Positions 9,049 through 19,108 of a stretch of DNA of 64,000 nucleotides are shown here, in pieces. The position numbers and the translations under genes are program-made. Below the pieces are notes generated by a model. The model was not told the origin of the DNA. It ran no database searches and saw only the letters and a program-made list of their open reading frames with translations. Within the stretch, counting starts at the first letter, position 1. Every line of letters starts with the position of its first letter. The DNA is taken from NCBI GenBank assembly GCA_964350165.1, contig CAYGJA010000001.1, positions 174,545-238,544 on the forward strand. The letters are read 5' to 3'. This DNA comes from an uncultured Candidatus Saccharibacteria bacterium. GTDB taxonomy: Bacteria; Patescibacteriota; Minisyncoccia; Phycocordibacterales; UBA1006.

Positions 9049-10986
9049 ATGAATGAAACAAATGAACTTCCTCATAAAATAATTGGTATTTATAATCTAG
9101 GCCGCAATGGCCTTGGCTATGTTCGTAATCGCGACCTGGACATCAGTATCGAGGTCCCCGCTCACGAACGACGCACCGCCATGAACAAAGACGAGGTGGA
9201 GGTGGAAATCACCGAAACCCCAACCGACAGCCTCCCCAACGGGCGCGTTATTCGAATCCTCAAAAGATCCAAGCACGGCTATGCCGGCATTATCATCAAA
9301 CACAAAGACGGTTTTGCCGTCGAACCCAGCCACGCCAAAGACGACATTACTATTATTGTAGACTCCATTCCTGCCGACGCAGTAATCGGCAGCAAGGTAT
9401 ATGCCGAAGTAACTGATTGGAACGACGATGGCACCACCGAAGTAGAAGGGATTATCAAAAAAGTCCTCGGCCAACCAGGAGACAACGATGCCGAAATGAT
9501 GTCATTTGCCTTGGAAAAAGGCTTCGACGACGACTTCCCTCCTGCAGTACTAAAAGAAGCCGAAGAGATTCGCGCTAATCATTCCATTGCCGCTGGCGAA
9601 GCCACTCGTCGCGATTTGCGCGACCGGGTGCTCTTTACCATCGATCCCGAAGACGCCAAGGACTTTGACGATGCCCTATCGGTCAAAGACCTAGGAGATG
9701 GAAAATACGAAATCGGAATTCACATTGCCGATGTGGCCCATTTTGTCCGCCCCAATTCCGAACTCGATCGCGAAGCCCGGGAACGCGCCACTTCGGTCTA
9801 CCTCGTCGACCGGACCGTACCGATGCTGCCAGAAGTTCTATCCAATGACCTGTGTTCGCTGAATGCCAACGAAGACAAGTTTGCCTTCTCGGCCGTGTTC
9901 ACCATGACCCCCGACGGAGCCGTCCATGACGAATGGTATGGCCGGTCTATCATCCATTCCAAAAAACGCTTTACTTACGAAGAAGCCCAAGACGTCATGG
10001 ATGCTGGTTCGGGAATTTTCTATGACGAACTGACACTGATGAACAGCATGGCCAAAAAACTAGCCGCGGCTCGTTTTGCTGCCGGTGCTATCGACATGGA
10101 TCAGGACGAGGTCAAGTTTCTCCTCGATGACAAGGGGCACCCCGTAGACCTTTTCATCAAAAAACGTCAGGACACGAACAAGATGATTGAGGAATTCATG
10201 CTCCTCGCCAATCGCAAGGTTGCCAAGTATATGTCCGAACGGACCAAGCAGACTGTTTTCGTCTATCGTATCCACGACAAGCCGGACCTGGACCGAGTCG
10301 CCAACCTCCGTCAATTCCTAGGACAATTGGGCTACAAAGTGGGAATCAAGAACGGCGTTATTCCGGCCGAAGAACTGCAACATGTCTTGTCCCAAGCTGG
10401 CAGCAAGGATGAAAAAGACACTATCCAGACCGCCATTATCCGGAGCATGGCCAAAGCCATCTATTCTACCGAGAACCATGGTCACTACGGACTGGCCTTT
10501 CATTACTATACCCACTTCACCTCGCCTATTCGTCGCTATCCGGACATTATGGTGCACCGCTTGCTCGCAACGGTCCTAGCCGAAAAGCCAATCGATCCAA
10601 AACTCGTCGGCGAATACAAAAGCCTGGCCCAGCATTCTTCGGATCGCGAACGAGACGCACAATATGCCGAATGGGATTCAATCAAATACAAACAAGTCGA
10701 ATATATGGCTGATCGTATCGGTCAGGAATTCGAAGGCATCATTACCGGTATGAACAAAAACGGATTGTTTGTGTCCGAGAAAAAATCAAAAGCCGACGGC
10801 ATGGTACACGTCACCAACCTCCCTGGAGACTTCTGGAAATTCGACCAAGACAAATTCGTCATGCGTGGCCAGCGTACCGGACATGTCTACAAAATCAGCG
10901 ACATCATTCCAATCCGGGTCAAAGGTGCCAACATCGAAAAACTCCAAATCGATTACGAAGTACCGATGAAGAAAAAAACACAATAA
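9049..10986 (+). CDS. rnr: Ribonuclease R (RNB family)
   Basis: TIDPEDAKDFDDAL, IEEFMLLAN, YTHFTSPIRRYPD, C-terminal S1 domain. Confidence 0.96.
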   Translation: MNETNELPHKIIGIYNLGRNGLGYVRNRDLDISIEVPAHERRTAMNKDEVEVEITETPTDSLPNGRVIRILKRSKHGYAGIIIKHKDGFAVEPSHAKDDITIIVDSIPADAVIGSKVYAEVTDWNDDGTTEVEGIIKKVLGQPGDNDAEMMSFALEKGFDDDFPPAVLKEAEEIRANHSIAAGEATRRDLRDRVLFTIDPEDAKDFDDALSVKDLGDGKYEIGIHIADVAHFVRPNSELDREARERATSVYLVDRTVPMLPEVLSNDLCSLNANEDKFAFSAVFTMTPDGAVHDEWYGRSIIHSKKRFTYEEAQDVMDAGSGIFYDELTLMNSMAKKLAAARFAAGAIDMDQDEVKFLLDDKGHPVDLFIKKRQDTNKMIEEFMLLANRKVAKYMSERTKQTVFVYRIHDKPDLDRVANLRQFLGQLGYKVGIKNGVIPAEELQHVLSQAGSKDEKDTIQTAIIRSMAKAIYSTENHGHYGLAFHYYTHFTSPIRRYPDIMVHRLLATVLAEKPIDPKLVGEYKSLAQHSSDRERDAQYAEWDSIKYKQVEYMADRIGQEFEGIITGMNKNGLFVSEKKSKADGMVHVTNLPGDFWKFDQDKFVMRGQRTGHVYKISDIIPIRVKGANIEKLQIDYEVPMKKKTQ

Positions 10987-10991
10987 AAAAG

Positions 10992-11030
10992 AAACACCCT
11001 GGAATTTGCTCCGCAAATTCCAGGGTGTTT
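10992..11030. terminator. Bidirectional terminator between convergent genes
   Basis: Perfect 18-bp inverted repeat AAACACCCTGGAATTTGC-TCC-GCAAATTCCAGGGTGTTT. Confidence 0.85.
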
Positions 11031-11492
11031 TTATGCCACCCACGCCATCACCACCATATCCAAAAAACGCGGCGGCCCCTTCAATTGGTGATCTTGTTTC
11101 CATTCCAAAATGGAATGATTACCACAGGTCATCAGCATGGTACAGATGGTCAGATAGTTCAGTCCGATGACAAAACCCACAAATATCGGCCGCAACCAGA
11201 GGTATACCAGGACAAAGCCCCCGGCCACCATCAGACTGCTGACAATATTCAACACCAGGTCACCAACGCCAGGCTTTGATTTTGGCGGCACGGCCAACAC
11301 CCGCGACCAGACAAAGGCAATGACCCCAAACAAAAGCACGAGCGCGAGTGGCAACAATCCACCCCAGAACAGCTGCGCAGGCTCTTCATGCTGGTGGAAT
11401 CGCACAAACACAAACCAGGTGCTCTCTATCCAGACAAGAACGGCCAAGAACGTGGCCCGAAGAATGATCCGGGCAATCTTTGTTTTTTCCAT
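11031..11492 (-). CDS. Hypothetical membrane protein (about 4 TM)
   Basis: Several hydrophobic segments. TTGACA element upstream on the minus strand. Ends at the shared terminator. Confidence 0.6.
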   Translation of the reverse strand: MEKTKIARIILRATFLAVLVWIESTWFVFVRFHQHEEPAQLFWGGLLPLALVLLFGVIAFVWSRVLAVPPKSKPGVGDLVLNIVSSLMVAGGFVLVYLWLRPIFVGFVIGLNYLTICTMLMTCGNHSILEWKQDHQLKGPPRFLDMVVMAWVA

Positions 11493-11621
11493 AATCAAAT
11501 TAGTATGTATGTTTTCTTGGTTGTACGCGCTAGAAAAAATTTGTCAAAAAAATATGACCTCAGAAACTATTCCTGAGGCCATGCCCTTTTCTGGGTCTTT
11601 TGTTTGTTTTATGGTTTCTTT

Positions 11622-13208
11622 TTATTTTTTCTTTTCTTGGAGGCGCTTTTTTGATACCACCTTTTTCTTAGGTGGAGGAAGTCTCAGTTCACTCAAGTTG
11701 ACCCGGAAGTCAACGGCAACAAGCCGATCAGGCGCGTGTCGCCAGCCTCCATCTGGGTTCTCAAGAACGTACTTGAAGGCGTCGTTGCCTTCAGTAGCAG
11801 ATCCACTTATTCCTATTGACCCCCACTTAGCCTGGACACCCACCTCCGCACCAAGCATGCCAACCCTTCTTTCAGGTCCTTGATATGTGTCGGTGGGAGA
11901 TTTTAGCTCTATATTTGAATTCTCCTGGTTAGCCAGGGTGAACTCAAATCCGCCTTTGACTCCAAAGTATCCACGAATCTGGCCTTTGCCAAAATAGTAG
12001 CGGATCCCCAATTGAGTGGTTGCGATAGTACGCTCTTCTCCTCTCCAGTAGGTTAGAGGAAGACCTGTCACAGGATCGCGCAGTCTCCGCAAGCGTGACC
12101 AATCAAAAGGATAATCATTGGTAGCATTTTGCTCGATCATGGCAATATCAACAGCCCCGGTGACCGCGAAGTTTCTATGCACAAAATAGGAGATATTCAC
12201 GCCAGCCCCAAAGCCTTGATTAGTTGTTTGACCATTCCGAAAGTAGTACCCACCCCCTGCTTGAAGAAGGAATCTTTGGATTGGTTCTGGAAACGACATG
12301 ACCGAGTCAATGTCAGCCTTATTGACATCATCTTCTCCACAGCAAGTGATCACGAAGTGATCGTGCACCCTCAGGGAATCTCCCGCAACACCCCAGCCTT
12401 GAAACTGAGCAGTGTCCCCCTGGGACGATGTCACGAAGAGATCCACATAGGTGCCGTATCCACCACCAAGGCGAGCCGTGGAACCAGCAGGAATCTCCTT
12501 TACTATCTCCCGAACTGATCCAGTGTCGCGATATACAGTATCATGCACAACCGTAACCCCTCCACCATTAAATGGCTCTGGGCAGGGTTCAGTGCCAGCA
12601 TCTGAATTGCCACCTTTTGTGCTTTGATCACAGGATAGATGAATCTTACCTGCCTCAGCTGGTGACAGCCAGTCTTTGGAATCAGGCTTGCTGTTAAACG
12701 GCTCCCAGCCGCGCAATGTTAGCTTTTCGCCATCTACCAATGGGGCAAGCCAGGTTCTGCCGGGATGTAGGTACACAACGGTCTTGCTGGTGTCACCTGA
12801 AGGCAACTTAACCAGCTTGAGATAGCCGTAGACGCCGTCAACAGTTCGGAAGCCTTGGTAGCCCACGTTGGGTGAACACACCAAAACATCCAAAACAGTA
12901 TCACCGCAGATGGCGAAGAGTCCGGCTGCCAATGCGATGCGCTCAGCGCGGTTGCTGCCGAGGTTATACGCCTGGAGCATCTGGTGAAGCTCGTTGTCGT
13001 ACTTCCAAGAGCGGTACAGACGGGCTGCAGCATGTGCTGTCGCGTCCCACGCGATTGCGGGGTCGCCCAGGTCATTAGTGGCGACGGTCACAGTGCAGCC
13101 GGCATCAGCCTGGATGGTGGTAGTGAAATCTTGCGCCGCGAGCTGCGACACAAAGGCGAAAATCAAGATGACCATCCCGGCCAGAGCTTGAAAGAAAGAT
13201 TGTTTCAT
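11622..13208 (-). CDS. Secreted orphan protein with a C-terminal beta-barrel-like region
   Basis: Sec-type signal ending AAQ. Alternating aromatic/Gly strands such as FLLQAGGGYYF, GFGAGVNISYF, QLGIRYYFG. Lys-rich tail. Confidence 0.7.
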   Translation of the reverse strand: MKQSFFQALAGMVILIFAFVSQLAAQDFTTTIQADAGCTVTVATNDLGDPAIAWDATAHAAARLYRSWKYDNELHQMLQAYNLGSNRAERIALAAGLFAICGDTVLDVLVCSPNVGYQGFRTVDGVYGYLKLVKLPSGDTSKTVVYLHPGRTWLAPLVDGEKLTLRGWEPFNSKPDSKDWLSPAEAGKIHLSCDQSTKGGNSDAGTEPCPEPFNGGGVTVVHDTVYRDTGSVREIVKEIPAGSTARLGGGYGTYVDLFVTSSQGDTAQFQGWGVAGDSLRVHDHFVITCCGEDDVNKADIDSVMSFPEPIQRFLLQAGGGYYFRNGQTTNQGFGAGVNISYFVHRNFAVTGAVDIAMIEQNATNDYPFDWSRLRRLRDPVTGLPLTYWRGEERTIATTQLGIRYYFGKGQIRGYFGVKGGFEFTLANQENSNIELKSPTDTYQGPERRVGMLGAEVGVQAKWGSIGISGSATEGNDAFKYVLENPDGGWRHAPDRLVAVDFRVNLSELRLPPPKKKVVSKKRLQEKKK

Positions 13209-13408
13209 TTTGCTTCTTTGTTAAAGATTTTGCCACATATCAACATTATTTTGACAAATTGTCAAACATGTCGGCTATCGAAAAAACAGCCCGATCAATG
13301 CTGTAAGATGCAAAAAAATAGTATAGCCACCAATAGATTGGTGGCTTAGAAATATTTTTGCTTCTGTTTGTAAGAAAGGGCGTCGGACACTCTGTCCGGC
13401 GACCCTTT

Positions 13409-15703
13409 TTATTTTTTGGCAGTGGCAATGGCTTCTTCTAATTTGAGCGACAATACCTGGGATACTCCACTGGCATGCATGGTCACCCCATACAGATTCT
13501 GTGCGCGGGACATCGTCTCGCGATTGTGGGTCACCACAATCAATTGCGCGACTTTTGATAATTCTTCTAGCATGTCTCCATACCGGCGCGAATTGGCCTC
13601 ATCCAGAGCAGCGTCGGTTTCGTCTAATACTAAAAATGGCGGCGGGTTCACCTGAGACAAAGCAAACAAGAGCGCAATCGACGTCAGCGATCGCTCCCCG
13701 CCGGATAGCATGTCTATCTCGGCGACTTTTTTGTTGGGCAATTTTACCCTGATAGCAATTCCAATGTCTTGCTTTTGTTCTTCTTCCAATTCCTCGTCGT
13801 CTGCCTTTTTTCTTTTTTTGATAATTACGGTCTCCAGGTTTGCTCGGCCACCCCCAAACATGGCGGTAAAGAATTGATGAAAATATTTGCTGATCTCATC
13901 GATACCCTGGATGAACGAAGTCCGGATGTGTTCCTCCAGTTCGGTGTGCAAGTCGGTGAGCTTGGCAATGGTTTCTGACAAATCCGTAAGTTCTCGGGCG
14001 AGGAACTGATCACGCTCTTCGGCCTCCTGATATGCCTCGACCACTTCACGTCCACCACCGGCTCCCATGTCTTCTAGTTTTAGTTTTTTGCGTTCTAATT
14101 CGCGGCGACGGTCAGACAGGTCCTTCTCCAGTTCTGGCCCCGTCTGCACATCAGCATTGGGAGAAAATTGCTTGACCCCCTGGCCAATCAGCACCACCCC
14201 TTCTTCGATTTCTGTCTGGAAACGCTCCTCGCGCAGGCGAAGGTCTTGTTGTTTGGCGTCATGATATTCTAGCGCTGTGCTGATCTGATCGATCTCGGAC
14301 CGGACGTTGATCAGTTCTCGTTCGGATTGATTGCGTTCTTGTTCGCGGACACGAAGGTCCTCCTGGAGCAGACTTAGTTTGTGCTGGGCATCAGCCAACA
14401 GCTGTTCATGATCCCGTTTGGTTTTGGTTGCCGTAGTCAGACTGCTTTCTAATTCCCCCAGCTGTGCCTCCAGTCGCACCAACATGCCAAATTCTTGCGG
14501 CCGAGCGGTCTTTTTGGCAGGGGTAACCTTGGTCCAAAAATCCTCAATCATCGTAACCAAATCCCCCATCCCCACGTGGAGAGCCGCCAGAGAAGATTCG
14601 CTTTCTAGGGTTTTTGCCTTGTTCATAATGGCTTCGGTCAGATGCCGGACATCGCTACTGGCCAACTGCAAATCTGACTCTTCTATTTCTTTGGCTAGGG
14701 CCTCGCTCTCGGTTCGGAATGATCGCAAGGATTCCTGGAGTCCCGCCAAGCGTCCCTCGATCAAACCAGCCTCGCGCTCACTGGCCCGCAGGTCTTGTTC
14801 GACTTTTTGGACCACCCTTTTTTGTTCGGTAACCTGGTCACGCAAATCATGCGCCGTTTGGCTATCTACAATCTGCTGTAGTCTCGTTTTTTCGCCTCTG
14901 GCGTAATCGCCGCGCTCTATGAGCTGATTCCTCTCTTTGGCCAACAAAACCTTTCTATCGCGCAAATAAGCGTATTCCAGGGACAGATACTCCCGATACT
15001 CTTCGGCTAGTTGCTGGCGGAGAGCTTTGGCTTTTTCGATGCGCTCCATTTCTCGCTTGAGGTATCGCAGATGGGGCGACAATTCTTTGCGCTGCAAATC
15101 AACCTCGCGCATATTCTGCGTAGATTTTTCCAATTTGCGTTCAGCGTCTTTCATGCGGAACTGATAGACCTTGAGCCCCAAAGCATCCTCTATCATTTCG
15201 CGTCGCTCACGCGAGCTAGCCGTCAGCACCCGGTCGGCCTCCCCTTGAGAAATAATATGATGACCCGAAGTGCCGATATTTACCGAAGCAATTAGTTCGT
15301 GTACGTCCCGCAGGCGCACAGGAGAATTATTTATTCTGTATTCAGCGGCGCCGTCCTGATGTACCGTACGGCTAACAGAGATAGTATCAAAGCCTAATTC
15401 CACCGCCGAATTGTCGTCGTTGTGTATTTGGAACGCACGATCAGTATTATCAAATTCAATCGTAACCTCGGCCCGATTGCCGCGCTTTACATCATCAGAA
15501 CCTTTGAAAATAAGATCCGAAGACTGCTTGCTGCGCAAAGACTTATTGGATTGTTCACCCAAAACAAAACGCATGGCTTCGACCACGTTTGATTTTCCAG
15601 AACCATTGGGGCCAACCACCGCAGAAATAGGCTCATCAAAAATAAGCTCGGTTTTGTTGGCAAAAGATTTAAAACCCAACAGGGTTACTTTTCGCAATCT
15701 CAC
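13409..15703 (-). CDS. smc: SMC-family ATPase (short, 764 aa)
   Basis: GFKSF, Walker A GPNGSGKSN, Q-loop SQG, signature LSGGE, Walker B LVLDETDAALD, H-loop VTH. Directly downstream of rnc. Confidence 0.9.
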   Translation of the reverse strand: MRLRKVTLLGFKSFANKTELIFDEPISAVVGPNGSGKSNVVEAMRFVLGEQSNKSLRSKQSSDLIFKGSDDVKRGNRAEVTIEFDNTDRAFQIHNDDNSAVELGFDTISVSRTVHQDGAAEYRINNSPVRLRDVHELIASVNIGTSGHHIISQGEADRVLTASSRERREMIEDALGLKVYQFRMKDAERKLEKSTQNMREVDLQRKELSPHLRYLKREMERIEKAKALRQQLAEEYREYLSLEYAYLRDRKVLLAKERNQLIERGDYARGEKTRLQQIVDSQTAHDLRDQVTEQKRVVQKVEQDLRASEREAGLIEGRLAGLQESLRSFRTESEALAKEIEESDLQLASSDVRHLTEAIMNKAKTLESESSLAALHVGMGDLVTMIEDFWTKVTPAKKTARPQEFGMLVRLEAQLGELESSLTTATKTKRDHEQLLADAQHKLSLLQEDLRVREQERNQSERELINVRSEIDQISTALEYHDAKQQDLRLREERFQTEIEEGVVLIGQGVKQFSPNADVQTGPELEKDLSDRRRELERKKLKLEDMGAGGGREVVEAYQEAEERDQFLARELTDLSETIAKLTDLHTELEEHIRTSFIQGIDEISKYFHQFFTAMFGGGRANLETVIIKKRKKADDEELEEEQKQDIGIAIRVKLPNKKVAEIDMLSGGERSLTSIALLFALSQVNPPPFLVLDETDAALDEANSRRYGDMLEELSKVAQLIVVTHNRETMSRAQNLYGVTMHASGVSQVLSLKLEEAIATAKK

Positions 15704-15724
15704 TGTCCTAGTATAGCAGGAGTC

Positions 15725-16432
15725 CTACTTGGTTGTTTGTGCAATTGCGGCTTCGGCGGCTGCTTGTTGAGCATCCTGCTTGCTGCGACCAGTACCCTCG
15801 GCTATTTTTTCGGACTCAAAGAATATCCCCACCACAAACACCTTGTCGTGGTCAGGGCCGTCATCACTGAGGACTTCGTAGGTTGGCGTAACACCGCGAT
15901 GTTCCTGGGCCCACTCCTGAATTCGGCTCTTGGGGTCTTTGTGGGAACCATCCTCGACAATAGCGTCAATTCTCGGATACAGAATCTTGGAAACAAAGAC
16001 TTCGGCCGCTTCGTAACCAACGTCCATATACAGCGCCCCCAATACTGCCTCGAAGGTATTTGCCAGAATATGTTCACGGGCACGGCTGTTCTCGTCCTTG
16101 GATTCACCTTTGGAGAGCAGCAGATAGTCGTTCATGTGCGTGTCCACCGCCGCCTCAGCTAGGCTCTTGGTGTTGACCAGAGCGGCTCGATACGCCGTCA
16201 ATTCCCCTTCTGGTTGGTTGGGGTATTTTTCGAACAAGTATCGCGTAATAATCAATTCCAGAACGGCATCACCGAGGAATTCTAGACGCTCGTTGTGGCT
16301 CCAGGGTGCGCCCGGGTTTTCGTTTACATACGATCGGTGAGTGAATGCCTGAGCCAACAGCTCCCAATTTGTAAACTGGAAGTCATGCCGATTGGCAAAG
16401 TCCTGCACCGTAAATATTGGATTTTCTGTCAT
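15725..16432 (-). CDS. rnc: Ribonuclease III
   Basis: NERLEFLGDAVL signature and C-terminal dsRBD. Confidence 0.98.
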   Translation of the reverse strand: MTENPIFTVQDFANRHDFQFTNWELLAQAFTHRSYVNENPGAPWSHNERLEFLGDAVLELIITRYLFEKYPNQPEGELTAYRAALVNTKSLAEAAVDTHMNDYLLLSKGESKDENSRAREHILANTFEAVLGALYMDVGYEAAEVFVSKILYPRIDAIVEDGSHKDPKSRIQEWAQEHRGVTPTYEVLSDDGPDHDKVFVVGIFFESEKIAEGTGRSKQDAQQAAAEAAIAQTTK

Positions 16433-16505
16433 AGATTTATAGTTGGGGCCGTACTACACTGGTGCCAAAAAAGTTAGCACAAGTGGAGTAACGCCACGTT
16501 ATTAG

Positions 16506-17414
16506 TTATTGGTCAGAACTAACAATGATTTCGATAGCCTTGGTTATCATCTCGGTAATATCGTTGTACATTGTTAATTCTGGTACTTCTTCTAACTTAA
16601 ACCAGCGGGTATCGTCAAGTCCGCCGGAATCTTTTATCAGTTTGAGTGGCTGATAGTTTGATTTGCCTAAGAAATATTTGACCTGTTTTCGAACTGGTCC
16701 TCGCTTGGGATGGTTGGCGAGGTATTCGTTCTCGCCAAGCTTGGAGGCAATAACGGTCTCGATAGAAATCTCTTCGCGAATAGCTCGGGCAGCTGCTTCT
16801 TCGGGGGTTTCGTCTTCGTGGACAGTGCTTTTTGACAGCGTCCAATAACCAAACACATCATGAACCATCGCCAAGCGCACATCGCCGTTGTCATCAATGG
16901 CGTATACCACCGTGCCGGCTTTTTGATCGATGGGCAAATCCTCCATTTCTTCGGGAGTGAGTTCCCCGCGGCGACCTTTTTGGTCTTTGCCTGGTTCGCC
17001 GATTTCTCGATAGACCGCCCCCAGAACGCCGTTCACAAATCGGCCACTGTTTTCTCCACCAAAAGACTTGGCCAGTTCGATGGCTTCGTTGATGGCTACT
17101 TTTGGTGGAACTTGATCACGATCACCAAAAAGGAGCTCGTACAGACCGAGCCGCAAAACGTTGCGATCAACAATAGCGATTTTATCAAGCGGCCAATCAG
17201 GGGCGGCCTTCTCGATGATCTCGTCAATTATTTTTTGTTTTTTTGTGATTCCTACAACTAGAGCTTCGAGGAATTCGGTTTCTTCCATGCCGGGGCCAAA
17301 CTCGTCGATGTTGCGATGCAAAATAGCCACCACCTCTTCATTGGGGTGATCTTTGAAATCCCATTCGAATAGGGACTGCATTACAATTGAACGTGCAAGG
17401 TGCCGATTAGACAT
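16506..17414 (-). CDS. nusB: NusB fused to a C-terminal NUDIX-fold domain
   Basis: RHLARSIVMQSLFEWD...VAINEAIELAKSFG...FVNGVLG, followed by a degenerate NUDIX box SKSTVHEDETPEEAAARAIREEISI. Confidence 0.93.
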   Translation of the reverse strand: MSNRHLARSIVMQSLFEWDFKDHPNEEVVAILHRNIDEFGPGMEETEFLEALVVGITKKQKIIDEIIEKAAPDWPLDKIAIVDRNVLRLGLYELLFGDRDQVPPKVAINEAIELAKSFGGENSGRFVNGVLGAVYREIGEPGKDQKGRRGELTPEEMEDLPIDQKAGTVVYAIDDNGDVRLAMVHDVFGYWTLSKSTVHEDETPEEAAARAIREEISIETVIASKLGENEYLANHPKRGPVRKQVKYFLGKSNYQPLKLIKDSGGLDDTRWFKLEEVPELTMYNDITEMITKAIEIIVSSDQ

Positions 17415-17475
17415 AGAAATAACTACCCATTAACTTTGGTTAGTGTAGCACAACAAAAAAAGAGGGTGTGGACAA

Positions 17476-17742
17476 TTACTTGTCGTCCTTTTTCTTGGAA
17501 TCTTTGACGGCCTTGGTGTCTACTTCTTTAGAAGCCTTGATAGCTTTATCGTGCTTCTTTTCGACTTTCTTGGCAACGTCAATGATTTGTTTGCCGCGAT
17601 ACATACCAGTCTCGGTACATACTCGGTGACGCATGTGCACCGTTCCGGTATTTGTGTCCTTCGACAAAGTCACCGGGTCCACTCCATGATGAGAGCGTCG
17701 GTTGCGCGTATGAGATTTTGTGTGTCGCATGCGAATTACCAT
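17476..17742 (-). CDS. rpmF: 50S ribosomal protein L32
   Basis: MVIRMRHTKSHTRNRRSHH...HRVCTETGMYRG. Start at ATG 17742. Confidence 0.92.
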   Translation of the reverse strand: MVIRMRHTKSHTRNRRSHHGVDPVTLSKDTNTGTVHMRHRVCTETGMYRGKQIIDVAKKVEKKHDKAIKASKEVDTKAVKDSKKKDDK

Positions 17743-17796
17743 ACAAAGGCGGATTATACGCACCGCACGGAAAAATGCAACGCCCAAGCTGTCTCT

Positions 17797-18402
17797 CTAA
17801 AGATTCCGCAAGAAACTCGTTCGATGCAGAACAGATGTTCCGTGTTCTCGCAAGGCTTGGTAGTGCGCTTTTGTTCCATAACCTTTGTGCTTTTCAAATC
17901 CATACAAGGGGAAATCTTTTGCATAGGCAATCATCTTATTATCTCGGTGAACCTTGGCCACAATAGACGCTGCCCCGATCAACCACTCCGATTGATCACC
18001 TTTGATTATTGTTTCTTGGTGTAGGTATTTCTTTGGAGCTTTCAGTCCCCCATCTAGCAAGACCAGGGTCTCGGACGGATCAAGTTCTAGTTGACTCAAT
18101 GCCTCATCTAGCGCCCGAAGCAATGCTGGCACAATCCCAACAATGTCTATATCGACAGCAGTACTGCTGGCAATCGAACTGCGCAGGCGCTTATCTTTAT
18201 TCAGCTCCTCGGCGATTATGGATCTTTTTTTAGGAGTGATTTTTTTGGAATCAGTAACATTAAGCTGGTCACTACATAGCTGTGCATATTCATCGACAGA
18301 ACAAACACACGCGCCAACAGTTACCGGTCCAGCAATGGGTCCGCGACCAACCTCATCAACACCTACCATCCATTTTATATTTGGTGACAACACGCCAATC
18401 AT
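17797..18402 (-). CDS. rnhB: Ribonuclease HII
   Basis: GVDEVGRGPIAGP, DSKK, IKGD, AASIVAKVHRD, KGYGT. Confidence 0.97.
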   Translation of the reverse strand: MIGVLSPNIKWMVGVDEVGRGPIAGPVTVGACVCSVDEYAQLCSDQLNVTDSKKITPKKRSIIAEELNKDKRLRSSIASSTAVDIDIVGIVPALLRALDEALSQLELDPSETLVLLDGGLKAPKKYLHQETIIKGDQSEWLIGAASIVAKVHRDNKMIAYAKDFPLYGFEKHKGYGTKAHYQALREHGTSVLHRTSFLRNL

Positions 18403-18454
18403 GCGCCGAGTATAGCACCGCGCGCTCCTGAATTGATATTGGTATACTTTGATC

Positions 18455-19066
18455 ATGAAAAAAATTGGAACCGGCTACTTTTATAATGTTTTTCAAAAAA
18501 CAAGCACTCGCGTCCTAAAAAAACAAAAAAATTTTCTAGACATTACCCGCGATGAAAAGATAAAAAACATTCCCGCCGTGCTGAGGCAAAATAAAATAGT
18601 CAAAAAAAATACAGAGATAATCAAAAATAAACTTAAAAACAAGATACTCGCAAAACAATTAGGTAACCCAAATTTTGTTTCCCGTTTTAATTATGAGCAA
18701 GACCGCGCTCTTTTGCTGATGGATTATTTTGACACACACTCCCTAGATCAAAACAAGCAAGCCATTGATGCCTATCTCGACCTCACTCTAGAATTATTAG
18801 ACTTTGGTATTCATGATTACGTGTACAAATTCAAGAACAGTTATGGTTTTAACAGCAAAGGAGACCTTCTTTTTATCGATTTTAACGAAGTTGTTTTTTC
18901 AAAAAAAGAAATTCTTGATTATGTTTCTAGAAAACATTGGCTACAAGAAGCTCAGTATCGAAAATTTTCAGAAGGACCACTCAAGAAATATATTTTTGAA
19001 CAATTTGAAGCACGTCTAAACACTGCTGTTGTGGAGGAGCGATTTGAATCACAACTGGAAAACTAG
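18455..19066 (+). CDS. Hypothetical protein with possible protein-kinase-like fold
   Basis: IGTGYFYNVF (Gly-loop-like), VLKK, GIHD, FIDFNE in kinase order. Visibly AT-rich. Confidence 0.5.
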   Translation: MKKIGTGYFYNVFQKTSTRVLKKQKNFLDITRDEKIKNIPAVLRQNKIVKKNTEIIKNKLKNKILAKQLGNPNFVSRFNYEQDRALLLMDYFDTHSLDQNKQAIDAYLDLTLELLDFGIHDYVYKFKNSYGFNSKGDLLFIDFNEVVFSKKEILDYVSRKHWLQEAQYRKFSEGPLKKYIFEQFEARLNTAVVEERFESQLEN

Positions 19067-19108
19067 ACAACCCAAGACCGACTTCTGCTACACTACCCAG
19101 ACAAAATC

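Noticed and set aside
11167-11883. 238-aa plus-strand ORF
   Set aside because: Antisense to two plausible minus-strand genes and crosses their intergenic signals.
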